DNA from: Sphingobacteriaceae bacterium
GTDB lineage: Bacteria > Bacteroidota > Bacteroidia > UBA7662
DNA length: 64,000 nucleotides
Assembly: GCA_030682795.1 (NCBI GenBank)
Contig: JAUXNJ010000008.1
Span: 18,753 to 82,752, forward strand
Direction: 5' to 3'
Shown here: positions 27,606-36,588 of the stretch, in pieces
Layout: each line of letters opens with the position of its first letter
Position numbering within the stretch: the stretch's first letter is position 1
Position numbers and translations under genes: made by a program
Notes under the pieces: generated by a model
Told to the model about the DNA's origin: nothing
Databases searched by the model: none
The model's input: only the letters and a program-made list of their open reading frames with translations

Positions 27606-30527
27606 TCAATACAGTACTTTCACCGGGAAACTACGTTCAATAACGCGGTCTTTGCAAAATTTAGCCTTAATGCGCACATAATAATCGCCAGGTTTTACCA
27701 GCTCACCGCTAAGTGATTGTTCGCCGCCCCATCCCAATTGTTGGTTGGTTGTATTGAACACTTCTTGGCCCCAGCGGTTGAAAACCCGTAACTCGAATGC
27801 CTCAAAGTTGTTACCAGGCAAGGTTAGTCGGTCGTTATTGCCATCTCCATTTGGCGTGATTACATTGGGCACTGCACCAAAGCAGGTAATCACCTGTACA
27901 TCTACGCTATCACTGGCCTCGCAACCATTGGCATCTACCAGAGCTAACTTATATACACCGCTTAAAATGGGCTGGATACTACGTTCGTTACCATTACCGG
28001 CGCCGCTCCAAACAAAGGTATTTCCTTCTACATTAGCCGAAAGCCGGTAGCCATCTTCTACGCAAATGCAAGTATCTTCGGGTAGTTGCAAGGCTGGCAC
28101 ATCATAAATGGTAATGCTACGGGTAAGGGTATCAAAGCCATTGCAAGCGTTGGGAGAGCTGATGCGCAGCGAAATGTTGTAAGTACCAGGTGCAACAAAG
28201 GTAAATTGGGGGTTGGATAGCGTGCTGCTATCGCCGGCGCTTGTAAACCACAACCAAGAGGTGTTGCCTACTACGCGACTGTAATCTTCCATTTGTAAGG
28301 TCAAGGGTGCACAATAGGTTGCTGGGGCAGTCCATCCAAAATTGGCACCCAAACCGCTTTCTAACTGAAAGGCTAATTTGACGGCTGCATTGTTGCAATT
28401 GGTGCTGTTGTTGGTGGTAGAATAGGCATTCGGGGTAACGGGCAAATCGCTTCTCCCCCCACAACCTGCACAAATGGCTTGGTAAATAACGCCACGCTTG
28501 TCGAACCGACTCGTGCCCCCATCCACGTGTTCTTGGCTGATGGGCCCGCCAAAATAGGTGCCGTATTGCAAGGTAAGCATGGCCGGCGAAAAAGCTGCGA
28601 AGTAAAAATCAAAGCCATTGGAGGTGGTTTGCATGGCGTTGTTGGTGGTTTGGAGGTTCAAAGGACCCGCACCAGGATTGCCACCCATATTACCAGTGTA
28701 GCCCGAAACATAAATGTTCTGACATAAATCTACAACAAAGGCAGAAAGATGCAAATCAGGCTGTTTGCCCCTGCTTCCAAATCTTCCCAACCAATTCAAG
28801 GTGCCCAGTTGGTTGCTGAAATTGGCAATGTATTGGCCCGAACGGGGGTCGTTGTAATTGGTGTTGAGGGTTACGAGATTACTATCGGTATGGCCCACAA
28901 CGTAAACGGTCCCCAGCTCGTCAATATCTACAAAAAACAATTGATCGTAACCTGCCGAGCCTAAAAAAGTGCCTGTGATGCCTGCACCGGTAAGCGCTTC
29001 GAGCCGCATAATGATGCCATCGACGCCACCAGCATTGGAGGTTTGATAGCCAAAGCCCGGTAAGGTTAGGTTGGTGCTATTACTGCCACCTACGGCAAGT
29101 ACTTCACCTGAAATACCTTCTTTGACGCCATAAAGCACGTCATCTTGGTTACCTCCGAGGTAGCTGCACCAGCGTACTTGACTTAGACTGCTGTTGAAAC
29201 GCACCAGCAAGCCGTCTTGCGTGCCTCCACCAAAAGCGGGTTGATAAGCACCAGCTGTTCCAAGTCCTGAGGAGGTGGTGGCACTTGCAATAACTACATC
29301 TCCATTGCTGGCCAGCAGGATGTCGCCTCGTTTTTCATCGAAGGAGATTTTTTGAAGCGCTAAGGATACATTAAGTCCATCATTGCCGGGCCCTCCAAAA
29401 AACGTACTGCTGAGTAGTTGTGTACCATCTGCGCTAAATTTGCACACAAATATATCTGAGCCCCCATTATGCGTTGGGTCGAAAGCATTGGGAGTACTTG
29501 GGAAATTACCACCGGTAGTGGTTCCTAACATGAATAACTCCATAGCATCATTTACAATAATGCTATGGGGATATTCAGCCAAGTTTCCTCCTAAAAAGGT
29601 GGCATAAACAAGCGTCGTACCAGTTTGGTCAAATTTGAGGATGCTGATGTCGGTGGTTTGTCCTCTAAAAGTATCTTGGTAAGCACCAATGGTTGTAGGG
29701 AAGTTGGGTCCATACACGATGCCTGCTGAGTACATATTACCATTGATATCGGGCGCAGCAGTGAACCCAAAATTATCGCTTCCAGCTCCCGAATAAGTTG
29801 AAAACACCAGGGTTGGGTCGATGGTTAGTGCTTGGGTGCGGTCGTAGCCCTTGGGGAAATTAAAGGTTACGATGCCATTTTTGAGCTCGAAACGACAGGG
29901 GACTTCTATTTTTTTTCCTGCTTGCAGCTGGTAAGCATAGGGAGCTTCCTCGTACCAATAGCCAAGCGAAGTGCTTACTTGCAAACGGCCATCTACCAAA
30001 CGAATGGCATCGCCGCCTTGGTAGCGTATTTGAATATTGGCGGGATTGGCACCTGGCTGGACCAAAAAATCGTATTTCAATTGGTCGTTGCCAGCTTGCC
30101 AAAGCATATCGATGCCTTCGTAGAGTTGTGGGTAGCGCAAAGCATTGCTGGGGTAGGTTACCGCACTTTTATTGCCAAGGAAATAGCTGAAGGGAGCCAG
30201 ACTTTTTTGGCCCGATGCCTCTGGATTTGATGTTTTACTACCTGGAAAATCGATTTTTAAGGCATGCAAATTTAACAGCGGCCCCTTGCCTGAAGTTGTT
30301 TCGGCATGATGCATTTCATGCAGTTGCTTGGTATCGCTAAGCACCAAGCGTACCTCTCCTTCCAAAAAAAAGGCGGTGGCATTGCCCAATGAAGCCTGGA
30401 AGTGGTGTGGTGCCTGCCATTGGCCTTGGTTAGGCACAAAGGCTAAAGGTGCTGAACCAGCTGAACTATTGAGCATGCCCAAAACCGTCCCAAAAACTAC
30501 AAACAGGGATAAAATATATGATTTCAC
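27606..30527 (-). CDS. large secreted beta-propeller/PKD-like protein with T9SS type-B C-terminal domain (gliding motility-associated CTD, CHU_C)
   Basis: 973 aa with a GTG start and signal peptide. The C-terminus VPNVITPNGDGNNDRLTLPG...FELRVFNRWGQEVF is the TIGR04131-type domain. Upstream are SBBP-like propeller repeats. Confidence 0.75.
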   Translation of the reverse strand: MKSYILSLFVVFGTVLGMLNSSAGSAPLAFVPNQGQWQAPHHFQASLGNATAFFLEGEVRLVLSDTKQLHEMHHAETTSGKGPLLNLHALKIDFPGSKTSNPEASGQKSLAPFSYFLGNKSAVTYPSNALRYPQLYEGIDMLWQAGNDQLKYDFLVQPGANPANIQIRYQGGDAIRLVDGRLQVSTSLGYWYEEAPYAYQLQAGKKIEVPCRFELKNGIVTFNFPKGYDRTQALTIDPTLVFSTYSGAGSDNFGFTAAPDINGNMYSAGIVYGPNFPTTIGAYQDTFRGQTTDISILKFDQTGTTLVYATFLGGNLAEYPHSIIVNDAMELFMLGTTTGGNFPSTPNAFDPTHNGGSDIFVCKFSADGTQLLSSTFFGGPGNDGLNVSLALQKISFDEKRGDILLASNGDVVIASATTSSGLGTAGAYQPAFGGGTQDGLLVRFNSSLSQVRWCSYLGGNQDDVLYGVKEGISGEVLAVGGSNSTNLTLPGFGYQTSNAGGVDGIIMRLEALTGAGITGTFLGSAGYDQLFFVDIDELGTVYVVGHTDSNLVTLNTNYNDPRSGQYIANFSNQLGTLNWLGRFGSRGKQPDLHLSAFVVDLCQNIYVSGYTGNMGGNPGAGPLNLQTTNNAMQTTSNGFDFYFAAFSPAMLTLQYGTYFGGPISQEHVDGGTSRFDKRGVIYQAICAGCGGRSDLPVTPNAYSTTNNSTNCNNAAVKLAFQLESGLGANFGWTAPATYCAPLTLQMEDYSRVVGNTSWLWFTSAGDSSTLSNPQFTFVAPGTYNISLRISSPNACNGFDTLTRSITIYDVPALQLPEDTCICVEDGYRLSANVEGNTFVWSGAGNGNERSIQPILSGVYKLALVDANGCEASDSVDVQVITCFGAVPNVITPNGDGNNDRLTLPGNNFEAFELRVFNRWGQEVFNTTNQQLGWGGEQSLSGELVKPGDYYVRIKAKFCKDRVIERSFPVKVLY

Positions 30528-30656
30528 AGCTTCGAATTTCGGAAAAACTTTTGGTAGTGCGCTTGTCGAGCTGGGTTCATGGTGTTAAATATTGCCATGC
30601 AGCTGTTAATATTTCGCAATTCTACATTTTAACAGCTGCTTTGTGGATCGGAAGCT

Positions 30657-30664
30657 TAAATTTG
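30657..30664 (+). promoter_or_regulatory. candidate -7 box (TAAATTTG) for the TolC-MFP-gpsA operon
   Basis: Matches TAnnTTTG and lies 19 nt before ATG 30684. The -33 element is unclear. Confidence 0.3.
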
Positions 30665-30683
30665 TAACTCCTGACCTAATTTT

Positions 30684-32123
30684 ATGATCAAGCGAATTTT
30701 TTGGGGTGGCTTGCTGGGACTAATGGTCCTACAGGCAAATGCCCAAACTCCGAACGAACCCTGGACACTGGAGCAGTGCATTCGACATGCAAACAAAAGT
30801 AATCTGAGTGTATTGCAAACGGCCGCACAACTCGACAATGCAGCGGCAGATTTGTTGCAATCGCGCATGAACCGCGTGCCCACCCTCAATGCCAATAGCA
30901 GTTTGGGCGTTAACAGTGGCCGTGTAATTGACCCTTTCACAAACACCTTTGAGGAGCGCTCTATTGAGTCGAACCAAATTGGTGCGCAAGCTGGGGTGCC
31001 GCTTTTTAGTGGTTTGCAGATCCACAACACCATCAAGGCTAATAAAATGGCTTTTATGGCGAGTCAGCAAGACTTAGAAGTAACCCGCAACAACATCGCC
31101 CTGAGCATCTCAAACCTGTATTTACAGGCGTTGTTGGCTCAGCAGCTGTTGGAAGTGGCTGAGAGTCAGCTCGACATTACCCAAACCCAAGTAGCGCGCA
31201 CTGAAAAATTGGTGAATGCCGGGGCTTTGAGTCTCGACAACCTCCTCAACCTCAAAGCGCAAATGGGCAATGAAGAGTTGAGCGTTATTAATGCACGCAA
31301 CAACTACATCAACAGTTTGATTAACCTGGCCCTATTGCTGCAATTGCCCGAGCCAGAGAAGTTTAGCATCGTAAAAGTCACCCGCCTTGATCCAGGTTTG
31401 CAGTTGGATGCCGACATACAGGGGGTTTACAGCTCTGCTGAAAGCAACCAGCCGCAAGTGCGAGCCTCAGAGTTGCGCATGGAGCAGGCGAGGTACAGTT
31501 TGGCTGCTGCCAAAGGCGCTCGTTCGCCGCGCTTAACGGCCTTCGCCAATATGAGTACGGTATATGCCAGTACCAACCAGCGGATTACCAACCCGAACAG
31601 CCCTATTTTTACTGGTGAAACTCCTATTGGCTATGTACAGGGCGACATTACCCAAGTGGTGGTAAGGCCAAATCTAAGTTTTGATACAGAGGTGGTGCCT
31701 CGTTTTACCCAATTTAACAACAACTTTGGTTATGGGGTGGGCTTGAGTTTAAGTGTGCCCATTCTCAACAACTGGCAAGTAAATACGCAAATCCGTCGCG
31801 CTAAAAACAGCATGATTTTAGCTGATTTGCAGTATCAGAGCACTAAAAACCAGTTATTTACCGATGTGGCCCGGGCGGTTACCGATTATAAAGCAGCCTG
31901 GTCGCGGGTGCAAGCCAACGAGCGCAACATTGAAGCACAGCGGGCCAGTTTTACCTTTAGTGAGGCCCGTTTTAATCAAGGCTTGCTCAACGCCATCGAT
32001 TACCTCAACACCAAAAACCGCTTGCAGATTGCAGAAGCAAATTTGTTACAAGCCAAATATGAGCTCTTGTTTAGGGCTAAAATTCTTGACTTTTACCTCG
32101 GCAAACCCATAATCCTCGAATAA
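30684..32123 (+). CDS. TolC-family outer-membrane efflux protein
   Basis: 479 aa with a signal peptide and two repeated coiled-coil/beta halves. TolC-like blocks are LTLEQCIRHANKSNLSV and LLNAIDYLNTKNRL. Confidence 0.8.
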   Translation: MIKRIFWGGLLGLMVLQANAQTPNEPWTLEQCIRHANKSNLSVLQTAAQLDNAAADLLQSRMNRVPTLNANSSLGVNSGRVIDPFTNTFEERSIESNQIGAQAGVPLFSGLQIHNTIKANKMAFMASQQDLEVTRNNIALSISNLYLQALLAQQLLEVAESQLDITQTQVARTEKLVNAGALSLDNLLNLKAQMGNEELSVINARNNYINSLINLALLLQLPEPEKFSIVKVTRLDPGLQLDADIQGVYSSAESNQPQVRASELRMEQARYSLAAAKGARSPRLTAFANMSTVYASTNQRITNPNSPIFTGETPIGYVQGDITQVVVRPNLSFDTEVVPRFTQFNNNFGYGVGLSLSVPILNNWQVNTQIRRAKNSMILADLQYQSTKNQLFTDVARAVTDYKAAWSRVQANERNIEAQRASFTFSEARFNQGLLNAIDYLNTKNRLQIAEANLLQAKYELLFRAKILDFYLGKPIILE

Positions 32124-32125
32124 CG

Positions 32126-33493
32126 ATGGCAAAATTTCCCAAACTAAAAAAAGGACAGTGGTTGCTAGTGGCCATCGGCGCATTGCTTGTTTTTGCTTTG
32201 ATTGGTAAGAAGGCTGGCTGGATTGGCGCGGAAGTAACTACCAAAATTGCTGCCGAAGCCACCGAAAAGCGTACCATCATCGAGTCGGTATTGGCCAATG
32301 GCAAAATACAACCTGAAATTGAAGTAAAATTATCCTCCGAAATCTCTGGTGAAATCATTGGTTTGTACATTGCTGAGGGCGATTCTGTGAAAAAAGGACA
32401 GCTTTTAGCGCGCATCAATCCCGAGCTGATTTTGGCTGCCATCGATCGCAATGAGGCCGCCATTAACAACGCTCGGGCACAGTTGGCCTCCTCAAGGGCC
32501 CGTTTGAACCAGCTGAAAGCCAATTTCGACAACAACATCAAGCCAAGTTTTGAGCGCAATGAGAAGTTGTTCAAAGACAAAGTGATTTCACAAGCCGAAT
32601 ACGATGCCAGCAAGGCGAGCTATGAGGCCTTCAAACAAGAAATGGAAGCAGGACGCCAAACCATTTTGGCGGCAGAATTTACAGTAAAAAGTGCTGAAGC
32701 CTCGCAAAAGGAAACCCGAGAGCAATTGTTGCGCACGAATATTTACGCTCCTATTGATGGGGTGGTTACCAAGCTCTCCGTAGAAGTAGGTGAGCGCGTG
32801 GTGGGTACCATTCAAATGACGGGTACAGAGATGATTCGCATTGCCAATTTGAGTCGCATGGAGGCGCAAGTAGATGTAAGTGAGAGTGATGTGGTGCGGG
32901 TGAAGCTTGGCGACAGTGTTTTGATTGACGTAGATGCGTATCCTGGCCGCCAGTTTAAAGGCGTGGTGCGGGAAATTGCTAACAGTAGCAATGCCAGTGC
33001 GATGGGTGGAGCCGATCAAGTGACCAATTTTGGCGTTAAAATCCGCCTCATCAATGCGTCTTATGCCGATTTAACTGAGAAGCGCGGCTATCCTTTTCGG
33101 CCTGGTATGAGCGCCTCGGTAGAAATCCTCACCGATTTAGTGAAAGATGTATTGGCAGTACCCATTACTTCGGTAACGGTGCGGGCCTTTGATGAAAGCG
33201 GGAAAATTAAAAAAGCTGCACGCAGCAGCGGTGAAGCCTCAGAGGAAGCAGAAAAGGATGATGTAGACAAAGGAAAGGAAGAATTGCGGGAGGTGGTGTT
33301 TGTTTATGCCGATGGCAAAGTGCTTGCCAAGGAGGTTAAAACAGGCATTCAAGACGACCGTTACATTCAGGTGCTTAGCGGTTTAGAAGCTGGTGAGCAA
33401 GTCGTGGTAGGGCCGTTCTCGGCCATCTCCAAAAAATTAAAAGATGGCCAATTGGTGCAAAAAGTCAAAAAAGAGGACTTATTTAGCAACTAA
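32126..33493 (+). CDS. HlyD/MacA-type periplasmic adaptor (membrane fusion protein)
   Basis: N-terminal TM, coiled-coil region, and lipoyl/beta-barrel blocks YAPIDGVVTKLSVEVGERV. The C-terminal tail is long and charged. Confidence 0.8.
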   Translation: MAKFPKLKKGQWLLVAIGALLVFALIGKKAGWIGAEVTTKIAAEATEKRTIIESVLANGKIQPEIEVKLSSEISGEIIGLYIAEGDSVKKGQLLARINPELILAAIDRNEAAINNARAQLASSRARLNQLKANFDNNIKPSFERNEKLFKDKVISQAEYDASKASYEAFKQEMEAGRQTILAAEFTVKSAEASQKETREQLLRTNIYAPIDGVVTKLSVEVGERVVGTIQMTGTEMIRIANLSRMEAQVDVSESDVVRVKLGDSVLIDVDAYPGRQFKGVVREIANSSNASAMGGADQVTNFGVKIRLINASYADLTEKRGYPFRPGMSASVEILTDLVKDVLAVPITSVTVRAFDESGKIKKAARSSGEASEEAEKDDVDKGKEELREVVFVYADGKVLAKEVKTGIQDDRYIQVLSGLEAGEQVVVGPFSAISKKLKDGQLVQKVKKEDLFSN

Positions 33494-34491
33494 TGGAGAA
33501 GAAAACCAAAGTTGCAGTCCTCGGAGGAGGCAGTTGGGCCACAGCCATCGTTAAAATGCTTTGTGAAAACAAAGTAGATGTGAGTTGGTGGATGCGGGAT
33601 GCGGAGTCGGTGCAATTCATCAATAAATTTCACCACAACCCACGATACATTCCTTCTGCCCAGCTGAAGTTAAAGCGTGGCGCGGTGAGTACCGATTTGC
33701 AGAAGGTAATCTATGCTGCCGATTATGTGATCATGGCAGTGCCGGCTGCCTTTTTGAAGGAGGCTTTGCAGGCCCTCGATAGCCACCATTTGGAAGGTAA
33801 AGTGATTGTTTCGGCCATCAAAGGCTTGATTCCCGACGAAAACCTACTGATTGCGAACTTCTTTTTTAAGTATTTCAATACGCTGGAGCAGAATTTTTTA
33901 GTGATCAGTGGGCCTTGTCATGCCGAAGAAGTAGCCCAGGAAAAACTCAGCTACCTCACCATTGCAGGCCACGACGAGGTCAAGGCGAAGCACTTTGCTG
34001 CTTTGCTGCGCAGCAGATACATGTCAACCTCTACCACCGATGATATTTACGGCACCGAATATTCGGCCGTGATGAAAAACATTTATGCCATCGCGGGGGG
34101 CTTGGCGCATGGCTTGGGCTACGGCGATAACTTTATGGCAGTGCTCATTTCAAATGCCATTATTGAGCTCAAATTATTTTTGCGAGAAGTGTATCCAGTG
34201 CGCCGCGACATTAAAGGTTCGGCCTATTTGGGCGATTTGCTGGTTACCGCCTACAGTCAGTTCAGCCGCAACCGCACCTTTGGCAATATGATTGGCAAGG
34301 GGTATTCGGTAAAATCGGCCCAATTTGAAATGAATATGGTGGCGGAAGGCTATTATGCGGCCCGCTCGGTGCACAACATCGTTAAAAAGCTCAAGTGCGA
34401 GTTGCCTATTGCCGAAACCGTGTACCGCATTTTATATGAAGGAGCCAGTGCCAAGCAAGAGTTTGAACTGTTGAGCCACAAGCTACGCTGA
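33493..34491 (+). CDS. gpsA: NAD(P)H-dependent glycerol-3-phosphate dehydrogenase
   Basis: VAVLGGGSWATAI dinucleotide fold and GSAYLGDLLVTAYS blocks. The ATG overlaps the upstream TAA (TAATG). Confidence 0.85.
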   Translation: MEKKTKVAVLGGGSWATAIVKMLCENKVDVSWWMRDAESVQFINKFHHNPRYIPSAQLKLKRGAVSTDLQKVIYAADYVIMAVPAAFLKEALQALDSHHLEGKVIVSAIKGLIPDENLLIANFFFKYFNTLEQNFLVISGPCHAEEVAQEKLSYLTIAGHDEVKAKHFAALLRSRYMSTSTTDDIYGTEYSAVMKNIYAIAGGLAHGLGYGDNFMAVLISNAIIELKLFLREVYPVRRDIKGSAYLGDLLVTAYSQFSRNRTFGNMIGKGYSVKSAQFEMNMVAEGYYAARSVHNIVKKLKCELPIAETVYRILYEGASAKQEFELLSHKLR

Positions 34492-34998
34492 GTTAGCGGC
34501 ACGGTAGCCAATAGGGCGCCGGGGCTCACGTTCTTTTACCATAAGTTGTTTGATCGCTTGAAAAACGGCGGCAAACTGCTCGTCGTATTTGCCTTCAAGT
34601 TGCTCGATTTTCCGCTGTAATTCAGTGTTGCTGCTCATCAGCTGTCGCATTTGTACAAACACTCGCATGATGGCAATGTTTACTTCAATGGCTTGTTCAC
34701 TGCTGATAACGCTCGAAAGCATGGCAACTCCTTGTTCTGTGAAGGCGAACGGAGGGTACCGGATGCCTCCCCAACTTGAGGTGCCATTCTGGCACCTCAA
34801 GTTTTCCCACTCCTCGTGAGTGAGTTCGAACATAAAATCGGCCGGAAAGCGGCTTAAATTGCGCTTTACTTGGCGTTTTAGCTGTTTGGTTTCAATGCCA
34901 TAGAGGTTGGCAATGTCGAAATCGAGCAACACTTTTTGCCCGCGCAGCCAGCAGATGCGGTGACTGATTTCGAGTTCGGAGAGTAAGTTCGTTTCCAT
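34483..34998 (-). CDS. ORF6N-domain (KilA-N-like) protein
   Basis: IRGQKVLLDFDIANLYGIETKQLKRQVKRNLSRFPADFMFELT is the ORF6N signature. The start was chosen at METNLL. The 3' end overlaps gpsA by 9 nt (convergent). Confidence 0.7.
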   Translation of the reverse strand: METNLLSELEISHRICWLRGQKVLLDFDIANLYGIETKQLKRQVKRNLSRFPADFMFELTHEEWENLRCQNGTSSWGGIRYPPFAFTEQGVAMLSSVISSEQAIEVNIAIMRVFVQMRQLMSSNTELQRKIEQLEGKYDEQFAAVFQAIKQLMVKEREPRRPIGYRAANSA

Positions 34999-35073
34999 AT
35001 TGCAAATTAGCACGGAAACGCTATTCAATGTTTTCGGTTTTAACGCATCTTTTATCTCGAATTGCGCATTTTG

Positions 35074-36222
35074 CTAGAAAAGCACCTTGAAAAAGGCTTG
35101 TGCAAAATGCAAGCGCGGTACGCTGTTCATGATCAGTAGCTCTTGACCAAAATGTGATTGGTCGTCTAAAAAATCGAACATGCGAGCGGCTGGATTGCGC
35201 ATGAATAAACGCTCAAATAAATCGGCCCCACGGTAGTCGCCTTGCACCAACACCCGAAGCAAGGTGTGGTCGTATTTGGCGTAGCGGCTTTCCCAGGGCG
35301 ACTTCCGCACTACTGGTGATTTTCCTTGCATTAAACGTGCTACAATGGCATCGCTGTGGCGCTGGATATTGGTAAAAGTGTAACCCGTAGAAGCTTTGGT
35401 TTGTCCTCCCGCCGTGCCAACAAACACAATTTTGCCTTCGTTTACTGGGAATTTGTGACTACTCATCGGGATGCGGCCTTGCTCCACATGCAAAATCTGG
35501 TAGTCGCTCAATCCAAAATACTGTTGCAGATAGGCGCGGATACCAGCCTCATACAAGGTTTTATCCCATACTTCAGCAGAAAAAACAGTGTATTCTACGA
35601 GGGCTTCGAACGGACTAAAAGGCAACACATAAACAAAGCAGCTGCCATCGGTTTGCGGTACCCGAAAATCCATGTAAATGGGCTTAGCAGGATTAAAAAC
35701 TGGCTTGTCTGTTTTGATTTGCCATCCCAAAAAATGCTGCCACAGAAAATCTGATTTTTTGGCAGCGTGTATTTCTTCGTTGTCGAGCAAACTCGAAAAA
35801 GCCCAATCTGCGGTAAAACTCCCTTCGGAGGAGCTTACCTCCACACCTGTTTCGGTATTGTGTAGATCGTAAATTTCGGCTTTGCGGACTACAACATTGG
35901 AACTGGCTTGCAGCTTTTGCAAACTAAACTCGTAAAAGTCGAGCCCCCGCAGCATTTTATAATTGTAAGGCGCCATAAGCAGGCTCATGGGCTGCTTTGG
36001 ACCGAAAAACGACACTTCTGACCATTGTTTAAAGATGGCTGACTCAAACGGACCTTCGCCCTTCTCCCAAAAGCACCAAGTACGATCATTCTCACGCTTC
36101 GAACTGCGATCGAGCAACAGCACTTGTTTGTGCGCAAAAGCAGGATCGGCCAAGCGCAAAGCCAAACTCAAGCCCGCTGCCCCAGCGCCGGCAATGATGT
36201 AGTCGAAATGGGTATCGCTCAC
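35074..36222 (-). CDS. lycopene cyclase (CrtY)-family FAD-dependent protein
   Basis: GTG start. DYIIAGAGAAGLSLALRL is a Rossmann fold and DRTWCFWE is a CrtY-like block. Confidence 0.7.
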   Translation of the reverse strand: MSDTHFDYIIAGAGAAGLSLALRLADPAFAHKQVLLLDRSSKRENDRTWCFWEKGEGPFESAIFKQWSEVSFFGPKQPMSLLMAPYNYKMLRGLDFYEFSLQKLQASSNVVVRKAEIYDLHNTETGVEVSSSEGSFTADWAFSSLLDNEEIHAAKKSDFLWQHFLGWQIKTDKPVFNPAKPIYMDFRVPQTDGSCFVYVLPFSPFEALVEYTVFSAEVWDKTLYEAGIRAYLQQYFGLSDYQILHVEQGRIPMSSHKFPVNEGKIVFVGTAGGQTKASTGYTFTNIQRHSDAIVARLMQGKSPVVRKSPWESRYAKYDHTLLRVLVQGDYRGADLFERLFMRNPAARMFDFLDDQSHFGQELLIMNSVPRLHFAQAFFKVLF

Positions 36223-36584
36223 GTAAGTCGTAAGTATTTTTTAAATACAGTCTTTGTAACAATCTGATAGACCGTTTGTGCACAAAGCGTGGTGGTTATC
36301 GTGCTAAATATGATGGTAATGCCAATCAGCAATGGCCCACTGAAGCCACTGATGGCACTGATCATTTCCAAGGTTTGGTTTTCGGGGAAGTTGAGTAGCA
36401 AACAAGCTGCCAAGGCTGCTAATTCCAGTAAAGCGAATTTCCACCAACGCATTCCTTTGATGGGAAAAAGCCCTAAAATGAACGAACCGCCTACAAAAAA
36501 GGCGAATTGATGCAGATTCAACTGTACATGCACGAGCAACAAAAAGCTTACTACGTACCAAAATAGATTAGGTTTAATGCGCAT
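36219..36584 (-). CDS. small polytopic membrane protein (~121 aa, 3-4 TM), unknown function
   Basis: The start was chosen at MRIKPNLFWYVV. It sits 4 nt downstream of the acylase stop and overlaps the CrtY-like start (GTGA/ATGA-type coupling). Confidence 0.4.
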   Translation of the reverse strand: MRIKPNLFWYVVSFLLLVHVQLNLHQFAFFVGGSFILGLFPIKGMRWWKFALLELAALAACLLLNFPENQTLEMISAISGFSGPLLIGITIIFSTITTTLCAQTVYQIVTKTVFKKYLRLT

Positions 36585-36588
36585 CGGG

